Shown here: one piece after another, positions 59,710 through 64,000 of the stretch
How the letters are laid out: every line of letters starts with the position of its first letter
Position numbering within the stretch: position 1 is the stretch's first letter
Source: an uncultured Gemmatimonadales bacterium
GTDB lineage: Bacteria > Gemmatimonadota > Gemmatimonadetes > Gemmatimonadales > GWC2-71-9
Reading direction: 5' to 3'
NCBI GenBank assembly: GCA_963779755.1
Contig: CAVZZO010000003.1
Coordinates: 192,001-256,000, forward strand
Length of the DNA stretch: 64,000 nucleotides
Position numbers and translations under genes: made by a program
The notes under the pieces: model-generated
Seen by the model: only the letters and a program-made list of their open reading frames with translations
The model's database searches: none
What the model was told of the DNA's origin: nothing

Positions 59710-61659
59710 TCAGTCCGTCCAGAGCTGGATGGAGGCACCCGCCGCCAGCGAATCACCGGCCGCCGCGGAGGCGCGCCGCACCGTCCCCAGTCCATGCAGC
59801 ACCACCCGGAACCCGCGCCGATGCAGCAGCGTCACCGCCCGCCGCAGCGGCAGTCCGGCGACCGGGGGGACCTCCCGCCGGCCGGGAACGGCGCTGTCGC
59901 GCGCCGCCCAGGGCCAGGACACGGCGACGGTCGAACGATCTTCCGCCGGCTCGGGTCGAGACTCGCCGGAGGAGGAGCGCACCGTATCCTTCACGGCGAA
60001 CTGGCTCCGGTCGATAGCGACCGAGCGCGCCGCCAGGGCCTGCTGCAGCATCTCGCGGGTCACCGGTGCCGCCGTCTCGCCGCCGTAGATGCTCCCCTTG
60101 GGGTTTTCGATCTTCACGATAACCACGAGCTGGGGATCGTCCGCCGGAAAGAGCGCGGCAAAGCTGGCGGTATAACTGCCCGAGACGTAGGCCCCACCCT
60201 CGTGGCGGATGGCGGTGCCGGTCTTCCCCAGCAACCCGATATGGGCCAGCTGCGCCCGGGCGCCGGTGCCGCCCTCGCTCACGGCTCCACGCATGAAGTC
60301 CCGCAGCCTTGCCGCCACCTCGGGAGTGATGCAACGGCGGACCGGCTCCGGCCGGTGGCGGTAGAGCACCGTGCCATCGGGCGCGCGGATTTCCCGCACC
60401 AGGGTGGGCGAGAGGAGAATCCCGTCATTGGCGATCGCGCCGTAGGCCACCGCCAGCTGCAGCGGCGTCACCTCCAGCTCGTAGCCCATGGCCAGGCTGT
60501 GGCCGCTCTCGCCGCTCCACTGATCCGGCCGCGCCAGCCGCCCGCGCGACTCCGAGGGGAACTCCACGCCGGTGGGGCTGCCGAACCCGAAATCGCGCAA
60601 CATGTCATACTGCTCGTCGGGCGAGAGCCGCTCGCTGAATTTGGCCATGGCGATGTTGCTGGACACCTCGATGGCCTCGGCCAGGGTGAGATAGCCGTCC
60701 TGCTCTTCCACGTCGCGAATCGGTTTGCGCCGGCCCGGCACCTGCCACACACCGCGCTCCCCGAAGACCACGTCGCTGTCGCGGACCCGGTCCAGCATGA
60801 GCAGCGCGGCCGCGGTGAACAGCTTGGCCGTCGACCCGGGCTCGGCCGGGTCGGTGAAGGCGGTGGGACGGTCGCCGCGCCCGTTGGCCTGGCGCGAGGC
60901 GATGGCCAGCAGCTCGCCGGTATGGGGATCGTAGAAGACCACATCGCCGCCGTCGGCGCGGTAGCTGTGCATCGCCTGGTCCAGCGCCGCCTCGGCGATC
61001 TCCTGCAGCTCGTTGTCGATGGTCAGGAGGATGTCATCGCCCGCTACCGGCTGCCGTACCACCCGTGACGGCGATTCGTACCGGCGCCCGCGCGAGTCCT
61101 TGAGCAGGACCTGCTCCCCGGGCGTCCCGGTGAGAATCGGATCCAGCGACATCTCCAGCCCCGACGCCCCGCCGGCGCTGTCGGGCGAGAGGCCGCCGAT
61201 CAGCGGCCGGGCGAGATCGTGGGCGGGGTAGAAGCGGGCATACTCCGGCTCGAGATGAATACCTCGCAGGGTACGGATGCGCGCGACCTGTTCCGCCGTG
61301 AAAGGGCCGTGATAGTAGAGCCAGCTGCGGCCGCGCCTCCAATCGCGCTCCAGCCGGGCGAGCGGAATCCCCAGCGCTCGGGACACGGCCTTGAGGGTGG
61401 CGGAGCGGTCGGTCACCTCGTTGGGCGCGAGCCCCAGGTGATAGAACTCCTGGCTTACGGCGAGGCTGCTGCCGTCGCGGTCGAGCAGGCTGCCGCGCCG
61501 GGCGGGGATAGGCACGTCTTCCGTGCGGGTCTGCGCCGCCGCCCGCGCCCATTGCCCTCCCTGCACCAGCTGGAGCTGGGCCGCGCGGGCGATCACCGCG
61601 AACACGGCGAGTACAAAGAAGGCCTCGACCGCCCGGATCCGGGCCACCGGTCGGGTCAT
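59710..61659 (-). CDS. ftsI: Class B penicillin-binding protein (PBP3) with C-terminal PASTA-like domain
   Basis: RGSLLDRDG, EPGSTAK (SxxK), SSN, KTGT. Confidence 0.95.
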   Translation of the reverse strand: MTRPVARIRAVEAFFVLAVFAVIARAAQLQLVQGGQWARAAAQTRTEDVPIPARRGSLLDRDGSSLAVSQEFYHLGLAPNEVTDRSATLKAVSRALGIPLARLERDWRRGRSWLYYHGPFTAEQVARIRTLRGIHLEPEYARFYPAHDLARPLIGGLSPDSAGGASGLEMSLDPILTGTPGEQVLLKDSRGRRYESPSRVVRQPVAGDDILLTIDNELQEIAEAALDQAMHSYRADGGDVVFYDPHTGELLAIASRQANGRGDRPTAFTDPAEPGSTAKLFTAAALLMLDRVRDSDVVFGERGVWQVPGRRKPIRDVEEQDGYLTLAEAIEVSSNIAMAKFSERLSPDEQYDMLRDFGFGSPTGVEFPSESRGRLARPDQWSGESGHSLAMGYELEVTPLQLAVAYGAIANDGILLSPTLVREIRAPDGTVLYRHRPEPVRRCITPEVAARLRDFMRGAVSEGGTGARAQLAHIGLLGKTGTAIRHEGGAYVSGSYTASFAALFPADDPQLVVIVKIENPKGSIYGGETAAPVTREMLQQALAARSVAIDRSQFAVKDTVRSSSGESRPEPAEDRSTVAVSWPWAARDSAVPGRREVPPVAGLPLRRAVTLLHRRGFRVVLHGLGTVRRASAAAGDSLAAGASIQLWTD

Positions 61660-61946
61660 CGCCGCTCTCCTGGAGGGGTGAGCTCCATCATCTTGAATTC
61701 GGAATCGGACGGCAGATGCAGCCCCAGCCGTTCCGCCCTCGGCACCAGGACGGCTCGGCTGCCGGCCACGCTGATCCGCCGCTCCAGCTCGGCCCGCTGG
61801 GCTTCGAGCGCGCGGCGCTCCTCACGCAACTGCCCCAGCTGGCTCGCCAGCCGGTAGGCGGCGGACTGGCGGGCGACGACGATGGACGCCACGCCCAGAA
61901 AGAGCGCGAGCCAGACCACGACCCAGTGGCGTCCCCTAAGCTGCAT
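61656..61946 (-). CDS. ftsL: Cell division protein FtsL-like
   Basis: TM plus coiled coil, AERLGL; between rsmH and ftsI. Confidence 0.82.
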   Translation of the reverse strand: MQLRGRHWVVVWLALFLGVASIVVARQSAAYRLASQLGQLREERRALEAQRAELERRISVAGSRAVLVPRAERLGLHLPSDSEFKMMELTPPGERR

Positions 61947-62850
61947 CGGTCACATGGAACAGGCGAAGCCGGGCGCTGCGTGCCCGGGAGTTGGCGGCGA
62001 TTTCCTGGGCTTCCGGAACGATCGCGCGGCGCGGCCGCATCCGCCCCAGTGGCCGGCCCCGGCAGGTGCACACCGGCTGGCCCGGCGGGCAGATGCAGGC
62101 GCGTGCCCACTCCTGAAAGGCGTGCTTCACGACGCGATCTTCTCCTGAATGGTAACTGATGATCGCCAGCGTCCCAACCGGGGCCAGCGCGTCCCGCATG
62201 GCGGGGAGCGCGCGCCCGAGGCCCTCCAGCTCGTCGTTCACCGCGATGCGCAACGCCTGGAAGAGCCTGGCGAAGTCGCCCGGACCGGCCCGCGCGCCCA
62301 GGACCTCACGGATGGCGTTGACCAGGTCGTCGCTCACCGCGAAGGGCGCGCGGTGCCGGCGCCGGGCGATGGCCCGTGCCAACGCACGGGCGCGCCGCTC
62401 GTCGCCGTAGTCGGCGAAGATCCGGGCCAGTTCGGCCTCCCCCAGCGTGTTCAGCAGATCGGCGGCCCCGGCCCCCTGGCCGCTCATGCGCATGTCGAGC
62501 GGCACGCCCCGCCGGAAGGTGAATCCCAGGGCCGGGTCGTCCAGCTGCCGGGAGGAAACCCCCAGGTCCAGTAGAATGAAGCCGGGGCGGAATGCGGCGA
62601 TGGCGGCGAGTGCCTCCGGCGCGCTATACGCGGCCACCAGGTAGTCGATGCCCTGGGCCCCCAGCCGTTCCCGCGCCCGGCGGATCGCCTCGGGATCGCG
62701 GTCGATCCCCAGCACCCGGGCCCCCCGGGCGAGGAACAAGCGGGCATGGCCGCCGTCGCCCAGGGTGGCATCCACCACACGCGCCGCGTCGCCTGCCGCC
62801 TGCAGCACGGCGGCGGCCAGCACCGGTTCATGGAACACGGAGTCGGTCAT
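61936..62850 (-). CDS. rsmH: 16S rRNA (C1402-N4) methyltransferase
   Basis: HEPVL, DATLGDGGH, DLGVSSRQLD, PLDMRM, SYHSGEDR, RARSARLR. Confidence 0.98.
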   Translation of the reverse strand: MTDSVFHEPVLAAAVLQAAGDAARVVDATLGDGGHARLFLARGARVLGIDRDPEAIRRARERLGAQGIDYLVAAYSAPEALAAIAAFRPGFILLDLGVSSRQLDDPALGFTFRRGVPLDMRMSGQGAGAADLLNTLGEAELARIFADYGDERRARALARAIARRRHRAPFAVSDDLVNAIREVLGARAGPGDFARLFQALRIAVNDELEGLGRALPAMRDALAPVGTLAIISYHSGEDRVVKHAFQEWARACICPPGQPVCTCRGRPLGRMRPRRAIVPEAQEIAANSRARSARLRLFHVTDAA

Positions 62851-62876
62851 GCCGGGTGGCGCCGGGGAAAATACGA

Positions 62877-62904
62877 CACCCCGCCGGCCGGAGCCGGCGG
62901 GGTG
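62877..62904 (-). terminator. Hairpin/probable intrinsic terminator downstream of tRNA-Asp
   Basis: Perfect 12 bp stem CACCCCGCCGGC, 4 nt loop, then TCGTATTTT on the minus strand. Confidence 0.6.
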
Positions 62905-62919
62905 CGTCGAGAAGACAAG

Positions 62920-62994
62920 CGGGGCTGACGGGGCTCGAACCCGCGACCTCCGCAGTGACAGTGCGGCACTCTAACCAAGCTGAGCTACAGCCCC
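62920..62994 (-). tRNA. tRNA-Asp(GTC), CCA not encoded
   Basis: GGGGCTGTAGCTCAGCTTGGTTAGAGTGCCGCACTGTCACTGCGGAGGTCGCGGGTTCGAGCCCCGTCAGCCCCG folds as a cloverleaf; TATATT -10-like box at 63009-63014. Confidence 0.97.
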
Positions 62995-63046
62995 CGAAAG
63001 AGCCGGGTAATATAGAGACCGCCCCTGCCGGGAGGAAGCCCTCCGG

Positions 63047-64000
63047 CTACTTGCAGTACACCTTGATCATCGAGTCGGCACGCTTCAGATACTGCTCCAC
63101 GTTCCCCAGCAGCTTGGCGATGTTATCCGGCTGCACCGACTGGCCCAGGGTGAACGCATCGCGGGCCTGGCTCAGCAGCCCCTTCTCCCGCCGGGCCAGG
63201 TCGCAGGACTTCTGCTTCTCCGCCACCGGGTCGATGCTCGGGACCTGGAAGAAAGTCGCCAGTCCCAGCAGGTAGTTGGCGGTGGGATACACGCGGCTGG
63301 TCGAGTCGGACATGCGGACGGCCATCCGCATGGCGGCCGCGGCCTGTTGCAGCAGCAGCGTGTCGAGCGGCTGGTGCTGGATCAGCGGCAGCGCGCCGTT
63401 GGTCAGCAGCACCGCGGTGGCCTGTTTCTGGTCGGCGGTGCCGTGGGCGTTCACGTATTGCACCAGGGGCATCGCCTCCGCCACCCGTGTGGGCATGGAA
63501 TCGGTGCCGGCCGAAGTATCGGCCAGCGCCTTGATGGCCGCCAGCGCCGCGGGCACCTGAGTGCTGTCCACCTGGAGCAGGTGCTCGGTGGTGGCCACCA
63601 TGCTGTCCGGCTGGCCTGCCGCCTGATAGGCGTTGATCAGCTGCTGCAGCAGGTCGGTGTTGTTGGGATATTTGTCCACGCCCCGCCGGGCCCAGTTGAC
63701 CCAGCGGGTGGTGTCCGGGTTGTCCGACGGGTTGGAGGCCATGACGGAGATCTTGAGATAGAACAGACTGTCGGCCTTGGTGCTGTCGATCTCGAAGACC
63801 TTTTCCAGGGCGTCCACCGCGCAGCGGTAGTTGTTTTCGAAGACGCAGACGTTGCTCAGCAGGTCGTAAAAGTCGGGATTGTAGGGATCGAGCTTGATTG
63901 CCTCTTCCGCCACCTGCCGCGCCGCGTCGGTCCGCCCCACGGCCAGGAAGTATTTCAGCGCCTGCTCCCGCAGCGGCTGGTTGGTGGGCGCCGCGATGAG
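63047..64000 (-). CDS. TPR-repeat protein (5' end outside window)
   Basis: Frame open to the window edge; AIKLDPYNPDFY and similar TPR-like helices. Confidence 0.8.
   Translation of the reverse strand, partial: LIAAPTNQPLREQALKYFLAVGRTDAARQVAEEAIKLDPYNPDFYDLLSNVCVFENNYRCAVDALEKVFEIDSTKADSLFYLKISVMASNPSDNPDTTRWVNWARRGVDKYPNNTDLLQQLINAYQAAGQPDSMVATTEHLLQVDSTQVPAALAAIKALADTSAGTDSMPTRVAEAMPLVQYVNAHGTADQKQATAVLLTNGALPLIQHQPLDTLLLQQAAAAMRMAVRMSDSTSRVYPTANYLLGLATFFQVPSIDPVAEKQKSCDLARREKGLLSQARDAFTLGQSVQPDNIAKLLGNVEQYLKRADSMIKVYCK

Noticed and set aside
62920..62994. tRNA-Asp as an integration site for an island
   Set aside because: No integrase and no duplicated tRNA 3' end seen; rsmH follows directly.

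Overview
High-GC (roughly 70% by eye) bacterial chromosome segment, most consistent with Gemmatimonadota (inferred from gene order, a GWxTD protein and a Hanks-type kinase with a TolB-like propeller). It is mostly housekeeping and mostly on the minus strand. Read in that direction it runs: a TPR protein, tRNA-Asp, a dcw cluster (rsmH-ftsL-ftsI-murE-murF-mraY-murD-ftsW-murG-murC-ftsQ-ftsA-ftsZ; no mraZ, murB or ddl), an M23 peptidase, a hisA-like gene, a vWA membrane protein, ftsY and recG. Then come an ~12 kb mixed-orientation accessory stretch (28.7-40.5 kb), asnS, mazG, alr-deoB-cdd, a lipoprotein/outer-membrane barrel pair, tsdA, miaB-comFB-comEC-fbp-mutase, argS-pfkB-purM, and rib genes-nusB-glycosyltransferase-hpf-hprK-PTS IIA. 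I found no integrase, transposase, CRISPR array or phage gene. The most unusual unexplained structure is a family of short elements at gene junctions: about four tandem 7-9 bp units facing about four reverse-complement units, with unit sequence mostly differing between loci and some arms overlapping stop codons. Other points: HisA with the catalytic Asp8 replaced by His, a TsdA with the Asn-Met heme-2 motif, comFB next to comEC, a perfect palindrome with -10-like boxes on both strands between alr and mazG, a +1 frameshift in a CocE/AEH hydrolase, and a kinase lacking a canonical in-frame start. The single-base anomalies could be assembly errors.
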